Shown here: in pieces, positions 20,964 through 31,403 of the stretch | How positions within the stretch are numbered: the stretch's first letter is position 1 | How the letters are laid out: every line of letters starts with the position of its first letter | Source of the DNA: an uncultured delta proteobacterium | GTDB lineage: Bacteria; Desulfobacterota; Desulfobacteria; Desulfobacterales; Desulfosalsimonadaceae | Reading direction: 5' to 3' | DNA length: 64,000 nt | Assembly: GCA_963826785.1 (NCBI GenBank) | Contig: CAWGYD010000001.1 | Coordinates: 640,001-704,000 of the forward strand | Position numbers and translations under genes: made by a program | Notes under the pieces: generated by a model | Told to the model about the DNA's origin: nothing | Database searches by the model: none | The model's input: the letters and a program-made list of their open reading frames with translations, nothing else

Positions 20964-22040
20964 ATGAATGGTATTGCGATGGGCAATCCGGTCGGCAAAC
21001 CAGCTGCCGGCTGGGAAGGGCTTCTGTCCGAAAGCATCACCACGGCAAAAGCGCTGGCCGATGCATTGCCGGTGAATGCGCAAACCATCGGCCGGGTCAT
21101 CTCCCATTATCCCATGCGCATCAATCCCTATTTTTTATCCCGGCTCAATCAATCCCCGGCATTGTACCGGCAGGCGGTCCCAGACATTGCCGAAATCATG
21201 CAAGACGATGTTTCGGATGCCGATCCCCTATGGGAAAACCGTCAGTCGCCGGTGCCCGGGCTGGTGCACCGGTACCCCGACCGGGTAATTTTTCTGGTAT
21301 CCGGCCAGTGTGCCATGTACTGCCGCCACTGCATGCGAAAACGAACCATCGGCGCAGTCGGACCCGGAACCGCATCTATTGACCGGGGAATCGCTTACAT
21401 CGAGAAAGCGCCGGCCATTGGGGAGGTGATCCTGTCCGGGGGCGATCCTCTCTTGCTTTCAGACGCCCGGTTACATTTTCTTCTCCTGCGGCTGCGAAAC
21501 ATCCCCCATGTCCGCATCCTGCGCATCCACACCCGGGTGCCGTGCACGTTTCCCCAGCGGGTTACCGGGGAGCTGGCCCGCATGCTTTCCCGGTTTCATC
21601 CCCTGTTTATCAACATTCAGTTCAACCATTCCGATGAAATCACCACGGAATCGGCATCTGCCTGCAAAATCCTGGCCGATGCCGGCATTCCCCTGGGCAG
21701 CCAGACGGTTTTGCTCAAAGGCGTAAACGATACGCCTGAGATCATGGAGCAGCTGATGCGCGACCTTTTGGAAATTCGGGTGAGGCCATATTATCTGCAC
21801 CAGGGTGACCCGGTGAAAGGCACCCGCCATTTCCGCACCCCCATCGAAAAAGGCTTGGAGATCATGCGGGCGCTTCGCGGGCGACTGTCGGGAATCGGCG
21901 TGCCTGCCTACATGATCGATCTGCCCGAAGGCGGCGGTAAAATTCCGCTCCTGCCGGAATATGTGATCCGAAAAGAAGGGCGGGCGCTCACGGTGATCAA
22001 CTATGCGGGAAAGCGCTATCGGTATCCGGATGAAGAGTAG
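20964..22040 (+). CDS. KamA family radical SAM / PLP enzyme (lysine 2,3-aminomutase-like)
   Basis: HRYPDR, CAMYCRHCMRKR, LSGGDPL, VLLKGVND, PYYLHQ, GGGKIP; start uncertain. Confidence 0.9.
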   Translation: MNGIAMGNPVGKPAAGWEGLLSESITTAKALADALPVNAQTIGRVISHYPMRINPYFLSRLNQSPALYRQAVPDIAEIMQDDVSDADPLWENRQSPVPGLVHRYPDRVIFLVSGQCAMYCRHCMRKRTIGAVGPGTASIDRGIAYIEKAPAIGEVILSGGDPLLLSDARLHFLLLRLRNIPHVRILRIHTRVPCTFPQRVTGELARMLSRFHPLFINIQFNHSDEITTESASACKILADAGIPLGSQTVLLKGVNDTPEIMEQLMRDLLEIRVRPYYLHQGDPVKGTRHFRTPIEKGLEIMRALRGRLSGIGVPAYMIDLPEGGGKIPLLPEYVIRKEGRALTVINYAGKRYRYPDEE

Positions 22041-22106
22041 AGTAGATCAGTGTTTCGAAGAAGGCATACTGCGGGGCGAAGTTTTAAAAAGTGGGCGATA
22101 GGGAGG

Positions 22107-22595
22107 CTATCGTGCAGGGGCGCAGTTGCTGCATCCGGCGGCTGCAGTTTCTCCGGGCTGGCCTTTTTTCTTGATGCGGAGAATGACCGGCCGGTATTTG
22201 CCGTTTTTGCGGGCGTGGCGGTCCAGCAGTTTAATCAGGCCAAACGAGAACACAAAGAACATGAACCCGGATATGGCTGCCGCAGCAGAGGGATCCATGC
22301 TGTAGGCCGGTGCCATGTGGTCGCCCGCCAATGCGCCGACGATCATGGAGATGACGGGAAACATGTACAGCAGGAAGGAAAGGGAGAGCAGTTGTCCGGT
22401 TTTAAAGGATAAAACCACACTGTCGCCCACCTGGGCGTGAATCGGATTTTCGGCTTCAAACTCCATTTCCCGGCCGCCGCCCATGCTGTGGCAGGTCTCC
22501 TTCTCGGAGCATCCATCACATGCGGTCGCCCGCTGGGTTTTCACCGTGGCCAGATCATGGTTCAATCCGGTAATCATTCCAATTTCGGTTGCCAA
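22107..22595 (-). CDS. rseC: RseC/MucC family membrane protein
   Basis: ACDGC..C Cys cluster, A.VGD.V, two TM helices with LY..P; downstream of the rnfB-like gene. Confidence 0.85.
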   Translation of the reverse strand: MATEIGMITGLNHDLATVKTQRATACDGCSEKETCHSMGGGREMEFEAENPIHAQVGDSVVLSFKTGQLLSLSFLLYMFPVISMIVGALAGDHMAPAYSMDPSAAAAISGFMFFVFSFGLIKLLDRHARKNGKYRPVILRIKKKGQPGETAAAGCSNCAPAR

Positions 22596-22705
22596 TTTAC
22601 TTTTCCTCTATTCGCATCTGAGCGTATCTTTTTGATCTGTCTCTGAAGTTAACATGGCCGAACCGGATGTCAATGGCGATTTGAATCCATGCGATCGCTG
22701 AATTC

Positions 22706-22737
22706 AAAAAGAAGCGGGCGGCCCTGAAGCCGCCCGC
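22706..22737 (-). terminator. putative terminator between the rnfB-like gene and rseC
   Basis: gcgggcggc / gccgcccgc stem, then TTCTTTTT on the minus strand. Confidence 0.65.
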
Positions 22738-22761
22738 CGGTGTCTGTGATGCCTTTGTTTT

Positions 22762-24837
22762 TCAGGAGGCCATTTTTTCGGATATCGAATGTTCAGAATA
22801 GCAGACCAGTCCGCATTGCAGGCAGCGGTCGGCTTCTTTTTTGGCCTTTTCCCGATCAAATCCCAGCTCGATTTCCGGACACTGGGCGGAAATATCACTG
22901 ACATTGCACAAGGGCATGATCTGCCGGGCAGAAGCACTGATCTGCTCTATATGGCTGACATTCTGAACCACCGTTTCGGAGGTGACCACCTTTTCGGAAA
23001 GTTCCGGCTCGATGCCGTACATGATCTGATGGGCGGATGCCGCTGCCCGCCTGCCGGCGGCGATGGCCCGGATGGCTGCGCTGAAATCGGTGACCGCGTC
23101 TGCTTCGGACAGAAATCCTTCCTTTAAACCAATGGCCGGATTTTTATAGGGGGAAACAGCCCGCCATTGCACCGGGCCGGCAGCGGATTCGGCTTGGGTT
23201 TGCCCTTCCGCCTCGGTTTCGGCCTTGATCGGGGTGAAAATCAGTTCGGGGAGCCGTCCGGAGTCGAGAATCAGGGTGCCGGCGCTGATTTCCTCGGATT
23301 CCTGAGTGGCCAGATTCCGGGTTTCGATACGGGTCAGGGCATCGTCTGTGCCGGAAATCCCGGTGATGATGGTGTCAAACCGCAGACGGACACCGTCTGC
23401 CTGGAGTTTGTTAATGGTTTGCGCATCGATTGTGCTTTGTGCCATGGAGCGGCGGGAAACGACCGTTATGCCGTCGGCGCCCAGTTTTCGGCAGATGTTG
23501 ACCGCATCAACGGTCATGGGGCCGCTTTCGGCCAATACCACGTCTTTGGCCATATGGAGGTGGTGACGGTTCTCCATGCCGGACCGGATCAGGTCAATGA
23601 GCAGCAGGGTTCCGGGGATTGCTTCTTCAATGGGGGCATCCTTGAGTCGTTCGACCCGGCTGTCCCAACCGCCGGAAGCCAGCAGGATGGCCTCTGCGCC
23701 GCCGGCCAGCAATGACGAGACGGTAAAATCGACTCCCATGGTCTGGTTAAACCGGGCCTCTACGCCCATCTCCAGGATACCGTCGATGTCCCAGTCCAGG
23801 ATATCTCCCGGAAGCCGGTTTCGGGCGATGGCGGTGCGCAGCAGACCGCCCAGCCGGGAAGTGGCTTCATACACGGTGGGGGAATGACCCAGCCGTGCGG
23901 CGAAAAATGCCGCGGAAAGGCCCTCCACCCCGCCGCCGACAACGGCGATTTTTCGGCCGGTGTCCGGGGCCTTGTAGGGCTGTATCCGGTCGTTCTGCTG
24001 TCTTTCATAGTCGGCGGCAAACCGTTTCAGGTAGTTGATCGCCACGGGTTCGTCCACCAGGTTGCGGCGGCATTCGTTCTCGCAGGGTCGGGGGCAGATG
24101 CGGCCGATCACAGTGGGGAAGGGGTTGCGCTCCTTGATGACCTGGACCGACTTGTGGTAATCCCCCAGAGAAATCTGGCGGATGTATTCAGATATATTGA
24201 TTCCCGCCGGGCAGGCGCGCTGGCAGGGGGTGGTGCAGTCTTCGGTGGTGTACTCCTTCAGGATGCGCCGGGTGACAGAGGAAAGGGTGATGATGTTCTT
24301 GGGGCAGACCCGTTCACAGGTCCCGCAGCCGGTACATTTGACTTCATCAACTTGCGGAAGGCCGTCTTCTCCCATGACAATGGCGTCAAAGGGACAGGCC
24401 CTGGCGCATGATCCCAGGCCCAGGCATCCGATATGGCAGTGCTTCATTCCGCCATAGAGCATGGCGGCCGCCTGGCAGCTGCCCAGCCCGGCGTAGGTAT
24501 ATTTAAGAGCGGCGTCTTTGACCCCGTAGGTGCACCCCGGGCGGGCAATATCCGGCTCCCGGGCCTCGATGGACACACCCATGACCGATGCAATGGCCAC
24601 CGCGAGATCCGCGCTGCCCGCCACACAGGATGAAGGGGAAGATTTCCCCGTGGCGATGGCTTCCGCATTGGCGCCGCAGCCCGGGTATCCGCACCCGCCG
24701 CAGTTGGCGCCTGGAAGAAGGCCATCGATTGCCTCGACCAGTGGATCCACATAGACATAAAACACTTTGGACGCAAGGGCCAGGCTGATGCCGATGATCA
24801 GACCCAGCGCCCCCATCATGAAAACGGATTCCAGCAT
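22762..24837 (-). CDS. RnfB-like Fe-S membrane protein fused to a GltD/NfnB-like flavoprotein
   Basis: N-terminal TM helix, LPGANCGGCGYPGC, CLGLGSCARACP, CTGCGTCERVCP, then PCQRACP, GRICPRPCENEC, VVGGG, EADRCLQCG. Confidence 0.88.
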   Translation of the reverse strand: MLESVFMMGALGLIIGISLALASKVFYVYVDPLVEAIDGLLPGANCGGCGYPGCGANAEAIATGKSSPSSCVAGSADLAVAIASVMGVSIEAREPDIARPGCTYGVKDAALKYTYAGLGSCQAAAMLYGGMKHCHIGCLGLGSCARACPFDAIVMGEDGLPQVDEVKCTGCGTCERVCPKNIITLSSVTRRILKEYTTEDCTTPCQRACPAGINISEYIRQISLGDYHKSVQVIKERNPFPTVIGRICPRPCENECRRNLVDEPVAINYLKRFAADYERQQNDRIQPYKAPDTGRKIAVVGGGVEGLSAAFFAARLGHSPTVYEATSRLGGLLRTAIARNRLPGDILDWDIDGILEMGVEARFNQTMGVDFTVSSLLAGGAEAILLASGGWDSRVERLKDAPIEEAIPGTLLLIDLIRSGMENRHHLHMAKDVVLAESGPMTVDAVNICRKLGADGITVVSRRSMAQSTIDAQTINKLQADGVRLRFDTIITGISGTDDALTRIETRNLATQESEEISAGTLILDSGRLPELIFTPIKAETEAEGQTQAESAAGPVQWRAVSPYKNPAIGLKEGFLSEADAVTDFSAAIRAIAAGRRAAASAHQIMYGIEPELSEKVVTSETVVQNVSHIEQISASARQIMPLCNVSDISAQCPEIELGFDREKAKKEADRCLQCGLVCYSEHSISEKMAS

Positions 24838-25065
24838 AATGCAACTCCTGATCCTGACTCGGATTTTTCAATATCAATGGTGAGTCTGGTTTTAATGACA
24901 TAAAACCTGAATCGAGAAAAAATGTAAATCGTTTATATAGCACCGGAGCCGGAGGGATGTCCATGCCTTTTTTGCCGGAGATCGCAAATCCTTTTTCTGG
25001 ATTGCGTCTTGACGGCCGCTTGGAAAACAGACTATATGAAAATATTTTTCAAAGGACATTAATAG

Positions 25066-25902
25066 ATGATGAAACGCCTTGCCCGGCAGGTCCATGAATC
25101 TGCGCAATTCTTAAAAACCGTCATCGGCGCCCCTCCCGTATTGGGCATCCTGACCGGAACCGGCCTGGGCGAATGTCTGGATCGGGTGGAGGTGCACACC
25201 GAGCTGCACTACCAGAAAATACCCCATTTCCCCGTATCAACAGTTGAGAGCCATCAGGGTCGGCTCCTGGCGGGAACGCTGGGAGGAAGCAGCGTGGTCG
25301 CCATGCAGGGGCGCTTTCACCTTTACGAGGGGTATTCCCCTTATGAGGTGAGCTTCCCCATCCGGGTCATGCAGGAACTGGGGGTCAGGAAGCTGATCCT
25401 GACCAACGCCGCCGGCGGGCTGAACCTGGCGTTTGTACCGGGTGACATCATGGTCATTCGCGACCACATCAATCTGACAGGTGAAAATCCGCTGGTGGGG
25501 AGCAACGAGGAGCGCTGGGGTATTCGGTTCCCGGATATGACGCGTGTTTATGATCCGCAGATGATCAGTTCAGCTGAACAAGGGGCGTCGGCCAACGGCA
25601 TCAACATACGGTCCGGCGTATATGCCGGGTTGAAGGGGCCGTCTTTGGAGACACCCGCAGAAACCCGATTTTTGCGGCTGATCGGCGCCGATGCCGTGGG
25701 GTTTTCCACCATCATGGAAGCGATTGCGGCCGTCCATGCAGACATGGATGTCCTGGGCCTTTCCGTGATCACCAATATCAATGATCCGGACCGTCCCCGG
25801 TGTCATACGGTGGAGGAGATCATCGATGTGGCCTGCCATGCCGCCCCCCAATTGTCGGCCATCATCGAATCAGCGGCAAAGGACCAGAGCGCGCATGCAT
25901 GA
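25066..25902 (+). CDS. purine nucleoside phosphorylase, inosine/guanosine (trimeric) type
   Basis: GTGLG, QGRFHLYEG, TNAAGG, DHIN, GPSLETPAE, ITN. Confidence 0.92.
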   Translation: MMKRLARQVHESAQFLKTVIGAPPVLGILTGTGLGECLDRVEVHTELHYQKIPHFPVSTVESHQGRLLAGTLGGSSVVAMQGRFHLYEGYSPYEVSFPIRVMQELGVRKLILTNAAGGLNLAFVPGDIMVIRDHINLTGENPLVGSNEERWGIRFPDMTRVYDPQMISSAEQGASANGINIRSGVYAGLKGPSLETPAETRFLRLIGADAVGFSTIMEAIAAVHADMDVLGLSVITNINDPDRPRCHTVEEIIDVACHAAPQLSAIIESAAKDQSAHA

Positions 25903-27239
25903 AGCCGATATTCTGATCAGAAACGGGACCGTGGTCACCCTGAATTCCGATGATACCGTCATCGAAGACGGGGTGGTGGCCGTTGCGGGAGATGCCATCA
26001 TCGGTGTGGGACCCGCTGCCCGGTTTCTTGACACCCGGGCCCGGGAAGTCATCGATGCCAAAGGCGGCATCATCATGCCCGGCCTGATCAATACCCACAC
26101 CCACGCGGCCATGTCCTGTTTCCGCGGTCTGGCCGATGACCTGGAATTAATGAGCTGGCTGAAAGACTATATCTTTCCCGCCGAAGCCCGGCTGGATCAT
26201 GAAACCGTAAACATGGGGGCACTGCTGGCCTGCGCCGAGATGATCCTTTCCGGGACCACCTGCTTCTGTGACATGTATCTCTTTGAGGATGCGGTGGCGC
26301 AAGCCGCCCAGACCGCCGGAATGCGGGCGGTGGTGGGAGAAGTCCTCTATGATTTCCCCTCCCCCAATTACGGTCCCATTGAAATGGGTTTTGCATATAC
26401 CCGGGATCTGATTGAAAAATGGCGCGAACCATCCGCTGGTCACCATTGCCGTGGAACCCCATTCCCCCTATTTATGCGCCCCGGACCTGCTCCGGCAGGC
26501 CGCCATGCTGTCGCAGGAATTCAATATTCCCATGATCATGCATGTGTCCGAAACCCAAAGCGAGGTGGAGCGCATCGCAAGCGACTATCTTTTAACCCCG
26601 GTGCAGCACCTGGCCGATATCGGGGTGCTCTCGCCAAGGCTGGTGGCCTGTCATTGCGTGGTATTGTCGGAGAATGACATTGTGCTTCTGAGCGACCATG
26701 GGGTGAAGGTGTCGCACAATCCGGAAAGCAACATGAAGCTGGCCTCGGGGATCGCACCGGTGCCGGAAATGATGGAAGCCGGGGTCTGCGTGGGACTCGG
26801 CACGGACGGGTGCACCTCCAATAACAACCTGGACCTGTTTTCGGAAATGGATATGGCGGCAAAAATTCACAAGGTCCACCATCTGGACCCTACTGTGATG
26901 GATGCCCGGACCGTGCTGCGCATGGCCACCATCGAATCGGCCAGGGCGCTGGGCCTGGACCGGGTAACCGGGTCCCTTGAAGCGGGAAAGAAGGCTGATC
27001 TGATTATTGTGGATACCTTCAAACCGCACCTGACGCCCATGTACAATCTATACTCCCACCTGGTGTACGCCGCTGGCGGCGCAGATGTCTCCACCTCGAT
27101 TATCAACGGCCGTCTGGTCATGAAAGATAGGCAGCTGACCACCCTGGACGTAAACAAGGTCATGGCGGATGTGCGCCAGGTCGCAGAAACCATCCGCGGC
27201 GGATTTTCAAAGAATGCCGCCCGGGTTCAAGGGGCCTGA
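25895..27239 (+). pseudogene. MTA/SAH/5'-deoxyadenosine deaminase family amidohydrolase, copy 1; split by a +1 frameshift near 26420-26430 (pseudogene or assembly error)
   Basis: PGLINTHTH and SGTT..DMY in one frame; PHSPY, HVSET, HNPESNMKL, GTDG..SNN in the next frame. Confidence 0.85.
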
Positions 27240-27527
27240 ACGAACCCGGCCCGGCCGGAAAAAATGTTTCCAGCCCGGGCCTGGCCATAAGGTTTCAACC
27301 ATTTTCTTTGAGTGGCCATTTGTCTGCGCCGTTTTCCCCGAAAATAAGCGGTCAACCTGAAAATCGGCAGCGGCGCTACAATTTTGCTGATCGGAGTCGA
27401 CCGCGGGTTTAAAAGTATTATTATTTGAACAGTTAATTGTGTTTTTAGAATTCCGCTATTGAAAAAGCATTTTTTATGTTATCGATTAAGTTTACCCTAA
27501 ACTGTCGGGCAAACGCGGAGAAAAGAC

Positions 27528-28292
27528 ATGAAAAGGTCTTATATAACTGGAATTCTCCTGACAATTGCATTGATATGCATGCCGGTGTCGAACAGTTTCG
27601 CACAAACGGATGCGGATAACACGGCGGCGGATGAAGATGTTTTCTCCGGATTTGATGAGTTTCAGCCGACTGCGGCGGAAGATACGGGCGTATACGATCC
27701 CCTGATCGGCTACAACCGGTTCATGACGCAGGTGAACGACAAGCTTTATTTCTGGCTGTTGAAGCCATCCGCTCAGGTATATTCGGCATTCGTCAAAAAG
27801 CCGGCCCGGGAGGCGATCAGCCGGGCATATCGAAACATTTTGTTTCCCATCCGTTTTGTCAATAACCTGCTGCAGTTGAAATTCAGGCGTGCGGGGATCG
27901 AAACCGCCCGGTTCGGCATCAATTCGACCGTCGGGGTCGCCGGTCTTTTTGATCCGGCAAAAGCCTGGTGGGATTTATCCGCCTATCCCGAGGATTTCGG
28001 TCAGACTTTGGGGTACTACGGAGTGGGAAGCGGTATTCCCATCGTGATTCCGGTCATGGGGCCTTCCAATCTGCGCGACCTTGCCGGAATGGCCCCGGAT
28101 TATTACCTCGATCCGGCATTTTACTTCATCGACGATACGGGGACATCCGTCATCATTACGGCCCATGACCAGATCAATTCGCTGTCGCTGAATATCGGTG
28201 CTTATGAACAGATGAAAAAAGATGCACTTGATTTGTACATCTTTTTAAGAAATGCTTATGAACAGAACCGGAACAAAAAAATCAGGGAATAG
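27528..28292 (+). CDS. MlaA/VacJ family protein
   Basis: DPL.GYNR.M..VND, RFGINST.G.AGLFD, EDFGQTLG, GPSNLRD, Y..LR.AY.Q.R. Confidence 0.9.
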   Translation: MKRSYITGILLTIALICMPVSNSFAQTDADNTAADEDVFSGFDEFQPTAAEDTGVYDPLIGYNRFMTQVNDKLYFWLLKPSAQVYSAFVKKPAREAISRAYRNILFPIRFVNNLLQLKFRRAGIETARFGINSTVGVAGLFDPAKAWWDLSAYPEDFGQTLGYYGVGSGIPIVIPVMGPSNLRDLAGMAPDYYLDPAFYFIDDTGTSVIITAHDQINSLSLNIGAYEQMKKDALDLYIFLRNAYEQNRNKKIRE

Positions 28293-28296
28293 GGCG

Positions 28297-28887
28297 ATGA
28301 AAAAAATCTTTTGGACGCTGATCGGGCTGCTGTTATTGGTTCAGCCGCTTTACGCCGCGCCGGAACAGGATGTGGAAAACCTGCTGAAAAGCAAAATTAA
28401 CGCCGTGGTCGATATGCTCAAACAAAACGAGATGAGCGTTGAAACCCGAAATGAAAAGATCATGGAGATCATCGGCCCCTCCATCGATTTTGAGCTCATG
28501 GCCAAACTCACCCTGGGGAAGAACAACTGGGGAAAATTGAACCCGTCCCAACAGGATGAATTTGTCAAATTGTTTGTTCAGCGATTGAAATCCTCCTACC
28601 TCGAAAAAAGCGATTTTTATTCCAACGAAAAGATCGTATATGGCAAGGCAAGTGCCGCAGGGGATAAAATCCAGGCACCGGTCACGGTGCTCACCGGCGG
28701 TGATAAGCCCGTTGAAATGCTTTATAAGTTCTACAAATCGGATCATGGGTGGCTGGTCTATGATGTGGAGATCAACGGGGTCAGCCTGATCCGCAGCTAC
28801 CGGTCCCAGTTCGAGGAGATCCTGCGAAACGGTACGGTGGAAGACCTGATGCGGGAACTGAGACAAAAGGAAGGCAAGATCGAGTAA
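28297..28887 (+). CDS. MlaC/Ttg2D/HpnM family periplasmic lipid-binding protein
   Basis: Signal peptide, DF..MAK.TLG..W, W.VYDV.I.GVSL...YRSQF. Confidence 0.9.
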   Translation: MKKIFWTLIGLLLLVQPLYAAPEQDVENLLKSKINAVVDMLKQNEMSVETRNEKIMEIIGPSIDFELMAKLTLGKNNWGKLNPSQQDEFVKLFVQRLKSSYLEKSDFYSNEKIVYGKASAAGDKIQAPVTVLTGGDKPVEMLYKFYKSDHGWLVYDVEINGVSLIRSYRSQFEEILRNGTVEDLMRELRQKEGKIE

Positions 28888-28888
28888 T

Positions 28889-31402
28889 ATGCCGAAACCG
28901 GAATCCCGCGTGATGGGGCTGTATGACAAAGGCATCCTGGCCCGGCCCCGGCTGGTGGTTTTCGTGATGCTGATCCTCGTGGCCATACTGGGGTATTTTG
29001 CCAGAGATTTTCAGATCGATGCCTCCACCGAAACCCTGATCAAGGAAAACGACAAGGAACTGCATTTTACCCGTGAAGTGTATTCCCGCTACGGCATCCA
29101 GGATTTTCTGGTGGTCGCTTACTCTCCCCACGGGGACCTGCTGGCCGATGAGACGCTGCAGGATATTGCCCGCCTGAAAAAACAGCTTCAGTCTGTCGAT
29201 GACGTGGAATCGGTACTGACGATCTTGGATGTGCCGCTGCTGGAAAGTCCGCCCATCTCCATCCGGGAAATGGCCGGGGGCGACATCCGCACGCTGACCT
29301 CCCCGGACGTGAATAAGCAGCTCGCCCGAAAAGAGCTCAAGAACAGCCCCCTGTACCGAAACCTGCTGGTCAGTCCGGACCTGAGCACCACCGCCCTCCA
29401 GATCAATTTCAAAATCGATGAGGAATATGGGAGGCTGATCGATCAGCGGGACCGGTTGAAGATGCAGGCCACGGCCGGTCAGATGTCGTCGGCTGAAGCC
29501 GATCGCTTGAGCCGTATCAATGACCGGCTCGACGCCATCAATGATCAGTATCTGAGTGAACGGAAGCAGGATATCGCCAGGATCAGGGCGATCCTGGACC
29601 GGCACCGGGACAATGCCGATATCTTCCTGGGCGGGGTCAGCATGATTGCCGTCGATCTGGTCCGATTCTTAAAAAATGATATCGAGGTGTTCGGCATCGG
29701 GGTGCTCTTTTTTCTCGTCCTGACGCTGGGGATCATTTTCCGCCGGATGCGCTGGATCCTGCTGCCGCTTCTTTGCTGCGCGTTTTCCGTTGTGGCCATG
29801 ATCGGGCTGCTGGGATTTTTCGGCTGGAAAGTCACCGTGATTTCCTCGAATTTCATCTCCCTCCAGCTGATCATCACCATGGCCATCGCCATCCACCTGA
29901 TTGTCCGCTACCGGGAGCTGGCCGCTTTGCATCCGGAAACCCAATACCGGCAACTGATCCGGGAAACCATGCGCTCCAAGATGACGCCGGTGATCTATAC
30001 GGTTTTGACCACCATCGCCGGTTTCGGGTCCCTGCTGTTTTCAGGCATCCTGCCGGTGATCACCTTTGGATGGATGATGGTGGCGGGGCTGATCGTATCA
30101 TTTGTGGTCACCTTCATCTTCTTTCCGGCCGCATTGATGCTGATGAAAAAGAAGGTCCCCCAGGCGCAGGAACGCAGACGCTATGCCCTGACCACCATCA
30201 TGGCGAATTTTACCGAAGCGCATGGCAGCTGGATTATCATGATCAGCATCGCGGCGCTGGTAGTGGGAGGGATCGGCATCTCAAGGCTTCGGGTTGAAAA
30301 TTCCTTTATTAATTATTTCAAGAAATCCACGGAAATTTACAAGGGAATGACCATCATCGATCAGAAGCTCGGCGGAACCACCCCGCTGGATGTCCTGGTT
30401 AATTTTGAACCCGATAAAAACATCACTGCATCGGCCCAGGGATCAGCCCCTTCAGACGAATTTGACGAATTTTCGGAATTTGACAAGCCTTCCGATCAGG
30501 AGGCCTACTGGTTTACACCTTACAAGATGGGCCGGATCCTGGAGGTACACGACTACCTGCAGCAGCAGCCCGAGATCGGCAAGGTGCTCTCCCTGGGGAC
30601 CCTGCTGAAGATGGCCCGGCGGCTCAATGGCGGCAAACCCCTGGACAGTTTTGAATTGTCTCTGGTTTACAACGAGATTCCCAAAGAATATCGAGATCTT
30701 CTGGTCGCACCCTATGTGTCGATTCCCCACAACCAGGCCCGGTTTTTTGCCCGTGTCGTGGATTCAAACCCCAACGTGCGGCGAAATGAACTGATCAAGC
30801 GGATTGATCACGACCTGACCACAAAGCTGGGATTTGATCGGAGCAACGTTCATCTCGCCGGAATGCTCATTCTCTACAACAACATGCTCCAGAGCCTGTT
30901 TACATCACAGATTCTGACCCTTGGCATCGTTCTAATCGCACTGATTGTCATGTTTTTTATCCTGTTCAGATCGTTGAAAATCGCCCTGATCGCCATTTTG
31001 CCCAATCTGTTGTCCATCGGCGTGGTGCTGGGGACGATGGGCTGGCTCGATATTCCCCTGGACATGATGACCATCACCATTGCCTCCATCAGCGTGGGGA
31101 TTGCCGTGGACGACACCATCCACTATATCCACCGGTTCGGGAAGGAATTCAAGGCCGACGGGAACTACCTGGCGGCCATGCACCGGAGCCACGATACCAT
31201 CGGGTACGCCATGTACTACACCTCCGTGACCATCATCATCGGCTTTTCAATCCTGGTGCTGTCCAGTTTCATCCCCACCATCATCTTCGGCCTGTTCACC
31301 GGACTGGCCATGCTCATCGCCCTGATGGCCGCCCTGACCCTGCTGCCGAGGCTCATCATCCTGCTAAAGCCCTTCGGCCCGGAGCAGGTCCAGCAGCCAT
31401 AA
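28889..31402 (+). CDS. MMPL/RND family transporter (HpnN-like)
   Basis: Duplicated 1+5 TM architecture with two periplasmic domains, TTIAGFGSL, GIAVDDTIH. Confidence 0.9.
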   Translation: MPKPESRVMGLYDKGILARPRLVVFVMLILVAILGYFARDFQIDASTETLIKENDKELHFTREVYSRYGIQDFLVVAYSPHGDLLADETLQDIARLKKQLQSVDDVESVLTILDVPLLESPPISIREMAGGDIRTLTSPDVNKQLARKELKNSPLYRNLLVSPDLSTTALQINFKIDEEYGRLIDQRDRLKMQATAGQMSSAEADRLSRINDRLDAINDQYLSERKQDIARIRAILDRHRDNADIFLGGVSMIAVDLVRFLKNDIEVFGIGVLFFLVLTLGIIFRRMRWILLPLLCCAFSVVAMIGLLGFFGWKVTVISSNFISLQLIITMAIAIHLIVRYRELAALHPETQYRQLIRETMRSKMTPVIYTVLTTIAGFGSLLFSGILPVITFGWMMVAGLIVSFVVTFIFFPAALMLMKKKVPQAQERRRYALTTIMANFTEAHGSWIIMISIAALVVGGIGISRLRVENSFINYFKKSTEIYKGMTIIDQKLGGTTPLDVLVNFEPDKNITASAQGSAPSDEFDEFSEFDKPSDQEAYWFTPYKMGRILEVHDYLQQQPEIGKVLSLGTLLKMARRLNGGKPLDSFELSLVYNEIPKEYRDLLVAPYVSIPHNQARFFARVVDSNPNVRRNELIKRIDHDLTTKLGFDRSNVHLAGMLILYNNMLQSLFTSQILTLGIVLIALIVMFFILFRSLKIALIAILPNLLSIGVVLGTMGWLDIPLDMMTITIASISVGIAVDDTIHYIHRFGKEFKADGNYLAAMHRSHDTIGYAMYYTSVTIIIGFSILVLSSFIPTIIFGLFTGLAMLIALMAALTLLPRLIILLKPFGPEQVQQP

Positions 31403-31403
31403 G

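Noticed and set aside
24920..25055. AT-rich near-palindromes upstream of the rnfB fusion as Rex boxes
   Set aside because: Poor match to TTGTGAA-N4-TTCACAA in both spacing and sequence
26410..26430. Programmed ribosomal frameshift in deaminase copy 1
   Set aside because: The shift needed is +1, there is no slippery heptamer or prfB-like site, and the same lesion type occurs in two unrelated genes
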